Shown: one piece after another, positions 21,809-30,677 of the stretch | Layout: each line of letters begins with the position of its first letter | Position numbering within the stretch: the stretch's first letter is position 1 | From: Escherichia phage vB_EcoP-CHD5UKE1 | Length of the DNA: 64,000 bases | Reading direction: 5' to 3' (one strand) | Sequence record: NC_070989.1 | Program-made: the position numbers and the translations under genes | Notes under the pieces: generated by a model | Seen by the model: only the letters and a program-made list of their open reading frames with translations | What the model was told of the DNA's origin: nothing | The model's database searches: none

Positions 21809-22222
21809 TTATATGAATTTCTGCATACCTTTGATACGAGGGTTATCATCACCAACTCTCGATTTACAGTAAGCGATAAAAGATTCAGTATTGAGGTTAT
21901 CCTTTTGAGAACCCCACTGGAGATTGTCTGCTCTATTGTTGCTCGGATTATCATCCAGATGCATAACAACAGCGTTAGGAAAAGGTTTCTCACCATGAAA
22001 AGTCTCACACACTAAGATATGAATCCTTTTCTTAAACTTTCTTTTCCTGTTTACAAACACCATTCTTCCATCTTTCTCTCTATATCCGCTATATGGTTTT
22101 CCTACGAAAAGCCTAACTCCACCATTATTCGTTATGGCTGTGAAAGGCTTAATCTTAACTCTACCAAAAGATGATACGGAAAGGAAATCATAATAGGGGT
22201 GATCTTTCCAGACTTCTTCCAC
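21809..22222 (-). CDS. HNH homing endonuclease
   Basis: HLDDNPSNNRADNLQWGSQKDN HNH core and N-terminal W..HP.Y..Y.VS..G motif. Confidence 0.75.
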   Translation of the reverse strand: MEEVWKDHPYYDFLSVSSFGRVKIKPFTAITNNGGVRLFVGKPYSGYREKDGRMVFVNRKRKFKKRIHILVCETFHGEKPFPNAVVMHLDDNPSNNRADNLQWGSQKDNLNTESFIAYCKSRVGDDNPRIKGMQKFI

Positions 22223-22231
22223 TATTTATCC

Positions 22232-22978
22232 TCAAAATGGGCTATCGTTGTCGTCTTCATAAGTAGAAGCAGGCTCTTTATCAATCGTAGGGATTGAAGG
22301 AGTAGCTTCTTTCTGCTCTGTTTCAGAAGCACGAGTAATTTCACGACCAGCCAGAGGCATGTTCTTAGCGTCATTAGCTTGGGTAAGCAGGTTGCGCTGG
22401 AACGGGAACATCAGTTGATAGGATGCTACGTTCTCATCGGTTTCCGCATACGGTTCGAAGAATACCAGAGGACTGCGAGCTTCACCAACTGCTGCACGAT
22501 ATTTGGTTGGGATTGGAGAAATGGTTTTGATGGAGTTTTTAACTTCACCAGCTTTGTTAGTGTAAGAGTTAACCAGAATATTAACAGGCTGACCTAACAG
22601 AACATCCTTGAACCAAGACAGATCACCTTTCAGTGCTTGAATACTTGGGTCAATCATCTTGCAAAGATCAAGAATACCAGAGTTCTTAGCTCGTGGGTTT
22701 ACATCATAACTCTTGAACTGGCAAGCCGGACGTGGTTCTAATGCCTTACCATCGGAATCTTTACCAGTAGCATCAACACCAATCAGCTCGAAAGCCAAAT
22801 CCATACGGAAAGCCGGATTCTTAGGAGTTACTGCTTTGGTCTTCGGGTCAATCCAAGGGTCACGATTGTGAACACCCAAACCTACTACACGAACGATACG
22901 TGCTTCGTATTCACCATCAGGGATTACATCGTAGTTGGATTTACGGGAAGCAGTTGCGATAGTTGGAATCATAGACAT
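22232..22978 (-). CDS. putative ssDNA-binding protein (T7 gp2.5-like, acidic C-terminal tail ending in Phe)
   Basis: Size ~248 aa, acidic C-terminus ...YEDDNDSPF; RBS AAGGAAA; preceded by TAATGTATA motif. Confidence 0.45.
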   Translation of the reverse strand: MSMIPTIATASRKSNYDVIPDGEYEARIVRVVGLGVHNRDPWIDPKTKAVTPKNPAFRMDLAFELIGVDATGKDSDGKALEPRPACQFKSYDVNPRAKNSGILDLCKMIDPSIQALKGDLSWFKDVLLGQPVNILVNSYTNKAGEVKNSIKTISPIPTKYRAAVGEARSPLVFFEPYAETDENVASYQLMFPFQRNLLTQANDAKNMPLAGREITRASETEQKEATPSIPTIDKEPASTYEDDNDSPF

Positions 22979-23037
22979 ATTTTAATTTCCTTATTTAATT
23001 TGAAAGATTGTTGCTCTCTTTGAGCGGTTATGTATAG

Positions 23038-23046
23038 TATACATTA
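23038..23046 (-). promoter_or_regulatory. candidate phage-specific promoter core TAATGTATA (minus strand)
   Basis: Exact 9-mer 60 nt upstream of the ATG at 22978. Confidence 0.5.
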
Positions 23047-23109
23047 CGCTTATACCGATAAGAGTACTATATAATATAAGTATCTTTGGTAGTAGATATA
23101 ACACACTAG

Positions 23110-23118
23110 TAATGTATA
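23110..23118 (+). promoter_or_regulatory. TAATGTATA motif on the plus strand inside the minus-strand block (possible antisense/sRNA promoter)
   Basis: Exact 9-mer; no plus-strand ORF downstream; followed 95 nt later by a large hairpin. Confidence 0.3.
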
Positions 23119-23214
23119 TATTGTATAGCTGATAAAGTTATTGCAGGCTTGTATATTGGGCAATTCACAGAATCCCTTGCAAGTACCGAAGGGCAGGAGC
23201 CACCTGCGAGATAA

Positions 23215-23280
23215 AAATAGAGAATTAAGGAATCCTTGATTTAGGTTGTAGGGACTCCTAGGGACTTTGATTCTCTATTT
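23215..23280 (-). terminator. large hairpin (11-bp perfect stem, 44-nt loop), terminator-like on minus strand
   Basis: aaatagagaat...attctctattt inverted repeat; on the minus strand the 3' arm runs into TTTTTAT. Confidence 0.35.
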
Positions 23281-23394
23281 AAAAGAATATTAATTACTTA
23301 TTACCTAAATAATTAACTAACTTACTTAAACCAAATTCAAGAATAATAGATAAAAAGATTATTCCTAAGAAAGCTAAAAAGTAAAGGATATAAG

Positions 23395-23571
23395 TTACCA
23401 TTCAAGTAAACCTTTAAAGTTAGTTTGTTCTACTATCCTCTGATAACGAAGATTAGAATCAGCTTGTTTCTTTAACATCTCATTATATTGATCTCTGATA
23501 GAGTCTTTATAAACTACAGGTTCTTTAAATACTGAGATCTTCTTTTTCTCAGAGTTAGATAGTACATCCAT
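23395..23571 (-). CDS. small hypothetical protein (58 aa; start uncertain)
   Basis: ORF-track ORF 23395..23694 trimmed to an internal ATG because its 5' part overlaps 23555..23770 in another frame. Confidence 0.35.
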   Translation of the reverse strand: MDVLSNSEKKKISVFKEPVVYKDSIRDQYNEMLKKQADSNLRYQRIVEQTNFKGLLEW

Positions 23572-23770
23572 CACAGGTAAGATCTCCGAGAAGGGACAGT
23601 GATAACAAACGAGACTGCTCATCGCTATACAGTTGATCAATCTCTTCTTTAAGTTTTGCCAACTCAATGAAATTGATAAGTTGACCATGTTCAAGACAGT
23701 CTGTTTTTAGTATAAATAAAACTTCAGCGTCTGTTGAATCTTCACTTGAGTATTTATCAATGTATTCCAT
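23555..23770 (-). CDS. small acidic hypothetical protein (71 aa)
   Basis: ORF-track ORF, ATG start. Confidence 0.45.
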   Translation of the reverse strand: MEYIDKYSSEDSTDAEVLFILKTDCLEHGQLINFIELAKLKEEIDQLYSDEQSRLLSLSLLGDLTCDGCTI

Positions 23771-23786
23771 TTTTTACTCCTATTAA

Positions 23787-23930
23787 TTATGACCAAGATT
23801 TAACTTTTACTTCGACGTATGTTTTAACTTCACCTTTCAAGACTTCCTGAGAAGCATTTGCACTTTCCTCAGAGTGATGTACAACGGTGATATCTTTCTT
23901 TCCAATCTTATAAGTGTGAATCCAAATCAT
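23787..23930 (-). CDS. small hypothetical protein (47 aa)
   Basis: Hand-translated; ATGA overlap with upstream stop; RBS AAGGAAG. Confidence 0.35.
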   Translation of the reverse strand: MIWIHTYKIGKKDITVVHHSEESANASQEVLKGEVKTYVEVKVKSWS

Positions 23931-24094
23931 ACTTCTTCCTTATATTCCCAATTTCTTTCATAATACCCAGAGTTGTAGTTTAGGACGCACCTCTCGGCCT
24001 CTTCTATGTCGTCAGTGTTTAGGATATTTACCCATCCTCCAACTTCATCAAAACCTTCTTCTACTTCGTTAAACCATACACTATACTTTTTCAT
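23927..24094 (-). CDS. small hypothetical protein (55 aa)
   Basis: ORF-track ORF 23927..24127 trimmed to the ATG that forms an ATGA overlap with the upstream ORF stop. Confidence 0.45.
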   Translation of the reverse strand: MKKYSVWFNEVEEGFDEVGGWVNILNTDDIEEAERCVLNYNSGYYERNWEYKEEV

Positions 24095-24267
24095 CGAGAA
24101 GTTCTTCCCCAATCTTTTACATAGCATCGACCGTTAACCCACTTTGTCTCTGACTTAAATTCTTGAGACAATCCCACTTCACAGTCTTCTCTACTGGCAT
24201 CTCCTCCGATATCAATCAGATACAGGAATAGAGCTATACCTAAAGCCCAAAGAATTATCTTCTTCAT
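24091..24267 (-). CDS. small membrane protein (58 aa, N-terminal TM/signal segment)
   Basis: Hand-translated; ATGA overlap with stop of the HAD-like gene; hydrophobic IILWALGIALFLYLI. Confidence 0.4.
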   Translation of the reverse strand: MKKIILWALGIALFLYLIDIGGDASREDCEVGLSQEFKSETKWVNGRCYVKDWGRTSR

Positions 24268-24656
24268 CGAATCACCAAAGGCTCTTCAGAGTACACAGGA
24301 GCGGCTATTTCTACAGGAGGTGCTGCCCTAAGGTCATTAAGTCTTACGCCCTTCAGCATACCGTCTAGGTGGTCCTTTTTGGGGATTCCAACAGGGAAGT
24401 CGTCAATCCAAATATCGACGAAGAAACCTAGCTGTCGACAGACCTCATCCTTCTGTACACCATTACAAAAGATAATAGGAATCTGCAAACACTCTGCATC
24501 AATCTTAATGTCGTGGTTATCGTACCCATTAGGCTCTGCAAAGCGATAAGTTACAAAGCGTACATCGTAGCCCTTTTCTTGCATTAATGCCACCACAGAG
24601 CGCCACAGCTTTTTATCTGAGGTGTAAGTGTCATCATAATCTAAACCAACATTCAT
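24264..24656 (-). CDS. HAD-superfamily phosphatase (putative 5'-(deoxy)nucleotidase)
   Basis: N-terminal GLDYDDT (DxDxT) and IWIDD motif; start set at ATG 24656 with RBS AAAGGA (ORF-track start 24674 is a TTG inside the terminator hairpin). Confidence 0.55.
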   Translation of the reverse strand: MNVGLDYDDTYTSDKKLWRSVVALMQEKGYDVRFVTYRFAEPNGYDNHDIKIDAECLQIPIIFCNGVQKDEVCRQLGFFVDIWIDDFPVGIPKKDHLDGMLKGVRLNDLRAAPPVEIAAPVYSEEPLVIR

Positions 24657-24671
24657 GTCAAATCCTTTAGA

Positions 24672-24697
24672 CAAGAAAAGCCGCCCGAAGGCAGCTT
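24672..24697 (-). terminator. rho-independent terminator (minus strand)
   Basis: aagctgcc-ttcg-ggcggctt followed by T-rich tract on the minus strand. Confidence 0.55.
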
Positions 24698-24702
24698 CTT
24701 AT

Positions 24703-24879
24703 TTAACTGTTCACTTTAGCTTCAAGTGTTTCGTTTTCAATACTCAAGTCAATCACTACACCAGTAAGCTCAACGACTGCTTGGCGAAGGGCATCTTTAC
24801 CCATAGAGTGTACTTGAGATAAGAAGAAAGCTTTACCTTCTTCAGTGGATAGGGTTTCTTTTAATTCAGAAGCAGTCAT
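24703..24879 (-). CDS. small hypothetical protein (58 aa)
   Basis: Hand-translated; RBS AAGGAA 6 nt upstream of ATG; followed by terminator. Confidence 0.4.
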   Translation of the reverse strand: MTASELKETLSTEEGKAFFLSQVHSMGKDALRQAVVELTGVVIDLSIENETLEAKVNS

Positions 24880-24888
24880 TGATATTCC

Positions 24889-25056
24889 TTATGTTATGTT
24901 ATAAATTCGCATGATTGTACCACCATTGGCTTCAATAGCAGCAACCATTTGGTTTCGTTCTTCATCCGTGTAAACTAACACACTTCTAAACTCACCTGTT
25001 GCATCAGTATAAAGGATGTTATATTTCGGAGGTGGCTTACGGTAAATACCTTCCAT
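24889..25056 (-). CDS. small hypothetical protein (55 aa)
   Basis: ORF-track ORF 24889..25083 trimmed to the ATG overlapping the stop of the upstream small ORF. Confidence 0.4.
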   Translation of the reverse strand: MEGIYRKPPPKYNILYTDATGEFRSVLVYTDEERNQMVAAIEANGGTIMRIYNIT

Positions 25057-25175
25057 CACTCTTTCTCCTCTCGCTCTTTCCACAGTTCGGCTAGCTCTAG
25101 ATAGAACTCAGCCTCATCAGGACGACCTTGTTCATTACAGATGGCGCTCTGACGATAACACCAATCCGATGGCAT
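25056..25175 (-). CDS. small hypothetical protein (39 aa)
   Basis: Hand-translated; TGATG overlap with downstream gene; weak RBS. Confidence 0.3.
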   Translation of the reverse strand: MPSDWCYRQSAICNEQGRPDEAEFYLELAELWKEREEKE

Positions 25176-25239
25176 CTCTTCCACTTCAATCTCCTTGTTA
25201 CGAACCAATCAATAAGAATAGTTCATTCGTCTTATTTAT

Positions 25240-25434
25240 TCACTCTACCAATGCAGGTACTTCTATCCTTTTAACTGTGAATGTCTTGTTTGGAAACTTT
25301 CGAACTAGCTCTGCTGCTTTGGTTATTGCTAAGTTCTCTGTCTCAAAGATACACAGTTGACCATTTAATGCTACGAGAGTGGAGCCACCGCTGAAGACGG
25401 CCCAAGATTCATAATAACCACGAACACTCATCAC
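25240..25434 (-). CDS. small hypothetical protein (64 aa)
   Basis: ORF-track ORF; 4-nt overlap with upstream gene. Confidence 0.5.
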   Translation of the reverse strand: MMSVRGYYESWAVFSGGSTLVALNGQLCIFETENLAITKAAELVRKFPNKTFTVKRIEVPALVE

Positions 25435-25799
25435 TCAACCTCGATACTATATAGAGTTTTCAGTGTATCTTTAATCCAAGCCCGTCGTTTTGGATTCTTA
25501 TGATGTGCCCCGTTTTCCCTATCTATAAAATACTGATCACATCCGAATGGGTATGTTGGGTCCAAAAACTTTTCTTGATTAAACATATTCTTCATGTCGT
25601 CAATATCTAAATGCTTTGTGAAATAGTAATACCTCTTATAACAGCGAAAGTTGAAGCATAATCCGTGATCTTCACTAAACCATTTTGGATAAATTCCAGT
25701 CTTAGTTATTTCATAATATTGGAGGAGGAAATCCTCCATCCCCCTCTCTTTAGCTAAACATCTCAATGTTCTGTAGATGATATTGGTTTCTTTCATCAC
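25431..25799 (-). CDS. hypothetical protein (122 aa)
   Basis: ORF-track ORF immediately downstream of the polymerase gene. Confidence 0.55.
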   Translation of the reverse strand: MMKETNIIYRTLRCLAKERGMEDFLLQYYEITKTGIYPKWFSEDHGLCFNFRCYKRYYYFTKHLDIDDMKNMFNQEKFLDPTYPFGCDQYFIDRENGAHHKNPKRRAWIKDTLKTLYSIEVE

Positions 25800-25804
25800 T
25801 CACC

Positions 25805-27649
25805 TTAGTGTGTATGCATCCAGTTAAGTCCAATCTGACAATCAGATGCCAGAGGACATTCCATATTCAGATACTCGCCAGCTTTCTTAACACAAAGCTC
25901 GGTGTGCTCTTTGAGTTTCTGTACATCATTACGGTTTACTGAGAATTGACCTTCATCGTGCATATCAATTACCTTAGCACAATGAACCTTATCTTTCTCA
26001 ATCCACTTGTTAAGGAACATCATAGCATATTTCATAACAACAGCACCAGCACATTGCAGGAGTGTGTTAAGGGCTTTATGAACCATAACCTTACCAGTGG
26101 CATCCCGTCTCATTGTAATCTTACGACCATCAACTCCAATCAAGTATCCTTGAGCAGCTTTCTCTGTCATACGATCAATGAGGATTGCAATACATGGATT
26201 CTCTGCCAAGAAACGTGCTCGCATCACTGAACCTTCGTCAGCCCCACCACCTACAATTGAACCAAGCTTAGCGTCGCCAGCGCCATAGTTAAATGCATAG
26301 ATAAACGTCTTAGCGTTGTCACGAGTAGGAAGACCAGCAAGTTTCTGGTTGTGGGAGTGGATATCACCTTCAAGGAGAATATCACGATACATAATAGCAG
26401 AAGCTAAACCACGTTCTGCCAGAGCTTTCTTAGCTGGGTTGTTCTCTTCGATTGCCTCAGCAAGCATATCCCTACACTCTTTAATGAGGTAGTGAGCGAG
26501 CATACGAAGTTCAAGTCCAGAACCATCATACCCTAAGAATACTTCTTTACCAGCGGGTATGTAATATTTGTAAGCGCCTACAGGTTTGTCTTTCTTCCCC
26601 GGCTTACCTTTCTCGTAAATTACGTTAGTACCTTTTCGTATATAACAACCATCAGGAACAACGTTAGTAATAACGAAAGGACGAGAGTGATCACTGTCTG
26701 AGTTATAGTCAGACTCAAACAAACTGCGACACTCGTGACCAAACAGACCACGGGAGGGAATATTAACCACGATACGATGTTTGAATCGAAAAGTCGGCGT
26801 AGCGCAGCTGTTAGCTTCTGCCGAAAGTTTACCATCTTCGCGTTCCTTTGCTATGAGTCCACTGATAAGACCTAGCCTGTGAGCCGCTACAACGCGTCTC
26901 TTAAGCAAACTTCCGACACTCCCTAGCTCACCCCCTAACCCTTCTTCAAGAGTCTCCTCGAGGTTTGTAGGAGCTGTAGGCCACTTGTTTGATGTGGCTA
27001 GTGCTTTCTTAATCTCATCAAACGTTACAGGATTACGGCGATTAGGGTTCAACCCCAAACCAAATACGTAAGCCTTCATGTAATTCTTAGTCTTAAACCT
27101 GAAATGCTTTTCTAAGAACTTCTTAATATCAGCGTCAACCATCTCGGCTGTCTGCTTCTGCTTAGCATTGCCTCGCATCCAAGCAGTATACCATGCTTGG
27201 TATGTTCCATACTTTCTCATATCTTTCTTAATTTCGAAAGTATTCCAAGGCTTCTTAGATACGTTAAACTCTGGAGGAAGAAAGCCCTCATCCATAAGAG
27301 CTTCTTTAACTCGTGCATCTTTCGATGGGTCAAAGTCTACGTATTCGACACAGGTGAAAGCTCCACCAATATCTTCTCTCTTCAGCCCAACCCTATCACA
27401 ATAGGCTTGAGGCCACTTCTGTAAAGCTCCAGACTTCTTAAATGGCTTCATGTAAGTAGAGCCATCTAATCTCATCTTAGGTAAGAGAGGAATCAACTCT
27501 CTGTCAATATTAACAATAATCTCTTTAAGGAGGTGAACATACCACCGAGCATTTCTTCGGTTGAAACTCACTCCGTGCTTTGCTTGCTTAGAGATTATAT
27601 CAGCGACAGTCATCTCTGTCAAAAATGGAAGAGCGTCCGGGTTGCTCAC
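25805..27649 (-). CDS. DNA polymerase, family A polymerase domain (palm/fingers/thumb) without exonuclease domain
   Basis: Motif A YDGSGLELRMLAHY, motif B RDNAKTFIYAFNYGAG, motif C VIDMHDEGQF; no DEDD exonuclease motifs in this 614-aa ORF. Confidence 0.9.
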   Translation of the reverse strand: MSNPDALPFLTEMTVADIISKQAKHGVSFNRRNARWYVHLLKEIIVNIDRELIPLLPKMRLDGSTYMKPFKKSGALQKWPQAYCDRVGLKREDIGGAFTCVEYVDFDPSKDARVKEALMDEGFLPPEFNVSKKPWNTFEIKKDMRKYGTYQAWYTAWMRGNAKQKQTAEMVDADIKKFLEKHFRFKTKNYMKAYVFGLGLNPNRRNPVTFDEIKKALATSNKWPTAPTNLEETLEEGLGGELGSVGSLLKRRVVAAHRLGLISGLIAKEREDGKLSAEANSCATPTFRFKHRIVVNIPSRGLFGHECRSLFESDYNSDSDHSRPFVITNVVPDGCYIRKGTNVIYEKGKPGKKDKPVGAYKYYIPAGKEVFLGYDGSGLELRMLAHYLIKECRDMLAEAIEENNPAKKALAERGLASAIMYRDILLEGDIHSHNQKLAGLPTRDNAKTFIYAFNYGAGDAKLGSIVGGGADEGSVMRARFLAENPCIAILIDRMTEKAAQGYLIGVDGRKITMRRDATGKVMVHKALNTLLQCAGAVVMKYAMMFLNKWIEKDKVHCAKVIDMHDEGQFSVNRNDVQKLKEHTELCVKKAGEYLNMECPLASDCQIGLNWMHTH

Positions 27650-27665
27650 TTTATACTCCTTTAAA

Positions 27666-28088
27666 TTATTGGTAAAGTAAATCTGTAAATGCTTGGTTAT
27701 CTTCTACTACATTCAACATGGTAGCTTCATCACTATAAGCCCTAACCGTCCCGTTGACAACTGTCCAAGGAGGAGGTGGAGGTGGTGTATGGTTAGCCCT
27801 AGCTTCACGAGGTTGCTCTCGTACTAAATGAGCCACAACCCTTTGGTTAGCGACTTCTTCTCTTTCTCTAATAGCTCTCTGGATATAGGCCAGCTTCATG
27901 CCCCAAGCTTCTTCAAACTCTTGAGGATGCTTATCACTGATAACCACATACTGACGTTCAGAAATACCAGAGCGAATCTCTGATAATAATTCATGGAACA
28001 AATCTAGTTCGTGCTCAGTGAGATTCATTTCAATATCATCCCACTTTAGAACTAGGAAACGGTTTTGGTGTCTAGCTGGTAATGGCAT
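27666..28088 (-). CDS. hypothetical protein (140 aa) with poly-Pro stretch
   Basis: ORF-track ORF; contains PPPPPP. Confidence 0.5.
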   Translation of the reverse strand: MPLPARHQNRFLVLKWDDIEMNLTEHELDLFHELLSEIRSGISERQYVVISDKHPQEFEEAWGMKLAYIQRAIREREEVANQRVVAHLVREQPREARANHTPPPPPPWTVVNGTVRAYSDEATMLNVVEDNQAFTDLLYQ

Positions 28089-28091
28089 AAC

Positions 28092-28376
28092 TCAACCTCT
28101 TGGGAATGGCATCAAAAATTCCACAGCAGATTTAATTTCACTATTGATTCTTGAATCACGATAAGAGATAAACTTACCTTTGCTATCACGTAACATCACA
28201 TGAGTTCTGGCTGTTTTGTGAGGGAGTAGTGTGACACTAGTTGGGATAGTATCAATCCCTACAGCGTATTTGTCAATAGTCTTACTTTCAGCCAACAGAT
28301 AAGACCAAGTACGCGGTTTCTGCTCCGGGCGGTTGGGGTATGTGTCTCGAATCTGTACCATAGCTAACTTATTCAT
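28092..28376 (-). CDS. small hypothetical protein, tandem paralogue 1
   Basis: Shares KTARTHVMLRDSKGKFISYRDS...EFLMPFPRG with the adjacent ORF. Confidence 0.5.
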   Translation of the reverse strand: MNKLAMVQIRDTYPNRPEQKPRTWSYLLAESKTIDKYAVGIDTIPTSVTLLPHKTARTHVMLRDSKGKFISYRDSRINSEIKSAVEFLMPFPRG

Positions 28377-28377
28377 A

Positions 28378-28632
28378 TTAAACTCCTTTAGGGAATGGAA
28401 TGAGATTTTCTACTGCAACACGGAAAGATTTTTCTACGTTCTTATTCTTATAAGAGATAAATTTTCCATCAGCTCCGCGAAGGAGTACGTTAGTGCGAGC
28501 TGTTTTTGGGTTAATCTCAATCATCCGTTCGATGATCTTGTTTGATTTGTTGTGGTGGTTAGTGAAAGTCCACTTAACAACCTTGCCATCTCTGGTTACA
28601 TCAAAAATATTTACGATTTTTACAATAGACAT
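28378..28632 (-). CDS. small hypothetical protein, tandem paralogue 2
   Basis: Shares KTARTNVLLRGADGKFISYKNK...ENLIPFPKG with the adjacent ORF. Confidence 0.5.
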   Translation of the reverse strand: MSIVKIVNIFDVTRDGKVVKWTFTNHHNKSNKIIERMIEINPKTARTNVLLRGADGKFISYKNKNVEKSFRVAVENLIPFPKGV

Positions 28633-28673
28633 ACTTATTACCTAGGAAGTTTAGTTTGGTTTATATAAAAGAA

Positions 28674-28700
28674 AAGGCCACCCATTTGGGTAGCCTTATA
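28674..28700 (-). terminator. rho-independent terminator (minus strand)
   Basis: aaggctaccc-aaat-gggtggcctt hairpin followed by TTTTCTTTT on the minus strand. Confidence 0.6.
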
Positions 28701-29018
28701 TTACGATGAGCTTAAAGCTCCTTTGCGTGCTCCAGCTGCTTTTCCAGCTCGATCACCACTTTTGCCGCCGTTTGAACGGTTTGAGCTGACTGATTCAACA
28801 CATAAGTTGCTTGACGCATTAGAGCCTCCAGACTTGACAGCTCGTTTGTGTCCAACATCTTTACCTCTGACAGCAGCTTTTCCATCGCGCTTTTCAACGA
28901 TGCGACGTGCACGGTGGCGCTGAGCATCTCCGCTCTTGCTCCCAACGCCTGTTTCACCACGGGCAATTGCGGTACGTCTTTCTTGTGCATAATCTCTCTT
29001 TCCTACATGGTCTGCCAT
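28701..29018 (-). CDS. basic Gly/Lys/Arg-rich small protein (frame choice uncertain)
   Basis: Excellent RBS AAGGAG 6 nt upstream of ATG and TAATGTATA motif 36 nt upstream; an alternative helical ORF in another frame (28712..28990) cannot be excluded. Confidence 0.4.
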   Translation of the reverse strand: MADHVGKRDYAQERRTAIARGETGVGSKSGDAQRHRARRIVEKRDGKAAVRGKDVGHKRAVKSGGSNASSNLCVESVSSNRSNGGKSGDRAGKAAGARKGALSSS

Positions 29019-29053
29019 TTAAAACTCCTTAATATATCAGTGTACACTAAGGA

Positions 29054-29062
29054 GTATACATT
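29054..29062 (-). promoter_or_regulatory. candidate phage-specific promoter core TAATGTATA (minus strand)
   Basis: Exact 9-mer 36 nt upstream of ATG 29018. Confidence 0.5.
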
Positions 29063-29072
29063 ATGGATGCTA

Positions 29073-29321
29073 TTAAAACTCTGCTAAGTATTTAATATCA
29101 GAGGCATATACCTCATCAAAGGAAATAACTTCTCCGTTGTAAAGAAGTTCTATCTTCAGTATACCAGAGCATTTGGTGTCTTTAGAGTCGACTCTGATAG
29201 AGAGCTTATCAACTATCTGAGCTTTAATCTCTTCTATTACTAACTCTTGAGTATTACTCACTCCACCCTCCCGGTGGTACAAAATCATCAGGAACGTCAA
29301 TGATAGTAGGTTCTCCATCAT
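29073..29321 (-). CDS. small hypothetical protein (start uncertain)
   Basis: ORF-track ORF; 5' part overlaps the upstream ORF, so the true start is probably internal. Confidence 0.4.
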   Translation of the reverse strand: MMENLLSLTFLMILYHREGGVSNTQELVIEEIKAQIVDKLSIRVDSKDTKCSGILKIELLYNGEVISFDEVYASDIKYLAEF

Positions 29322-29439
29322 TCATGCAGGTGTCTTCATTGAACTCTTCACACTCAAAACATGCTCGTTCGATATTTTTGTAGAAGTCGATGGTTGCTGA
29401 ACCATCACCACAATCTCGGATAACTAAAGAGACTTTCAT
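29254..29439 (-). CDS. small Cys-containing acidic protein (61 aa)
   Basis: ORF-track ORF; 4-nt overlap with the PhoH gene stop. Confidence 0.5.
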   Translation of the reverse strand: MKVSLVIRDCGDGSATIDFYKNIERACFECEEFNEDTCMNDGEPTIIDVPDDFVPPGGWSE

Positions 29440-30179
29440 TTATCTTGTTCCTTTTCCATAGCTTTAACAATGGCTTTACAGAAACCAGAACGAACAATAT
29501 CATCCGACTCACCGTCTACAATCTCAGCGAACTCATACAGATCATGTTCATCAATAAAGTTGGTAGCCCAAGTAAGACCACTCTCACGACCACGCATATC
29601 ATGCTGGTTAGTATCACCCATGCAGAACAGCTGAGAGGTTTCTCCCAATCGAGTCATGATTGAGAAGGCTTCATCTTTAGTGGTGTTCTGGAACTCATCA
29701 ACAATAACAATAGCATCATTGAAAGAACGACCACGGAGATATTCCAGAGGTACGAACTCAATGTTGCTATTACCAAGTTGGCATTCATAGAACCCCTTAC
29801 CATATCGCTGAGTGATAACATCAATGATAGGCATCAGGTATGGTTCAAACTTCTCACGCATTCCTCCCGGAAGTAACCCAAGAGAGTTGCCCATGCCAAC
29901 CGAAGGGCGACTCAGAATGATCTTCTGAATCTTACCACTCTTCAGTGCATCAATAACCGTGGAAGTGATTACAAAGGTCTTACCACAGCCCGCAGGAGCG
30001 TCTGTGAACACAACTTGTTTAGTCTTAATAGCATTGAGTAGCTCAGACTGAAACTGGTTCTGAGGGACTACAGGCTTTGCTAAAACCACCTCTTCATACT
30101 CTCGCTTACCTTTACGAGTAACAAGTGCTTCCCGACGAAGGTCTTTCCGTGATTCTTTCCGTGATTGACGACGACTCAT
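29436..30179 (-). CDS. phoH: PhoH-like ATPase
   Basis: Walker A FTDAPAGCGKTF and Walker B IVIVDEFQN; length typical of PhoH. Confidence 0.85.
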   Translation of the reverse strand: MSRRQSRKESRKDLRREALVTRKGKREYEEVVLAKPVVPQNQFQSELLNAIKTKQVVFTDAPAGCGKTFVITSTVIDALKSGKIQKIILSRPSVGMGNSLGLLPGGMREKFEPYLMPIIDVITQRYGKGFYECQLGNSNIEFVPLEYLRGRSFNDAIVIVDEFQNTTKDEAFSIMTRLGETSQLFCMGDTNQHDMRGRESGLTWATNFIDEHDLYEFAEIVDGESDDIVRSGFCKAIVKAMEKEQDK

Positions 30180-30361
30180 TTACGCTCTCCAATTTCTTCG
30201 TAATGACACTCAGTAGTTAAGCAGTCTTTACAGATTGCTGTATAAACCCTGACGTTAGTAAATCGTTTATTCTTCCCTTTGGTTGGAGAGCCTTTGGCAA
30301 GCTCTCTGATAACCTTGTTACTTAAATGAAGGTTTGTTCCTTCACATCTAGAGCACTTCAT
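30176..30361 (-). CDS. small zinc-ribbon protein (61 aa)
   Basis: C-x2-C...C-x2-C spacing. Confidence 0.5.
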   Translation of the reverse strand: MKCSRCEGTNLHLSNKVIRELAKGSPTKGKNKRFTNVRVYTAICKDCLTTECHYEEIGERK

Positions 30362-30677
30362 GGTTCATATCTTTATGAATCCTGTAAACAGCTGTCGCCA
30401 TACAAGCAACAGCCTCATTATGTGGGAGGTGCATTCCTGTAGAACCATCCCAATCTTTGAACTCAGCGTCAAAGACTCCGGTAGGCTCTGGATACAGAGC
30501 TTGCAGCTCCACTAGATCATTAGCAACTTGTTGCCATTTATCATCAGACCAGATAGGGTCATCCAACCAGTAATACAAATAGGAATGGATGATCAATTGC
30601 CTTCTATGCCGATTGATTACTTCAGCTGGACTTATCTCACTTCCATTTGAAGTCCTAAATGTATTACCGTCGATCAT
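30348..30677 (-). CDS. hypothetical protein (109 aa)
   Basis: ORF-track ORF. Confidence 0.5.
   Translation of the reverse strand: MIDGNTFRTSNGSEISPAEVINRHRRQLIIHSYLYYWLDDPIWSDDKWQQVANDLVELQALYPEPTGVFDAEFKDWDGSTGMHLPHNEAVACMATAVYRIHKDMNHEVL

Noticed and set aside
28712-28990. Alternative 92-aa helical ORF overlapping 28701..29018 in another frame
   Set aside because: Only one of the two frames can be the main product. The 105-aa frame has a much better RBS and sits the same distance from the TAATGTATA motif as other genes; the call remains uncertain.
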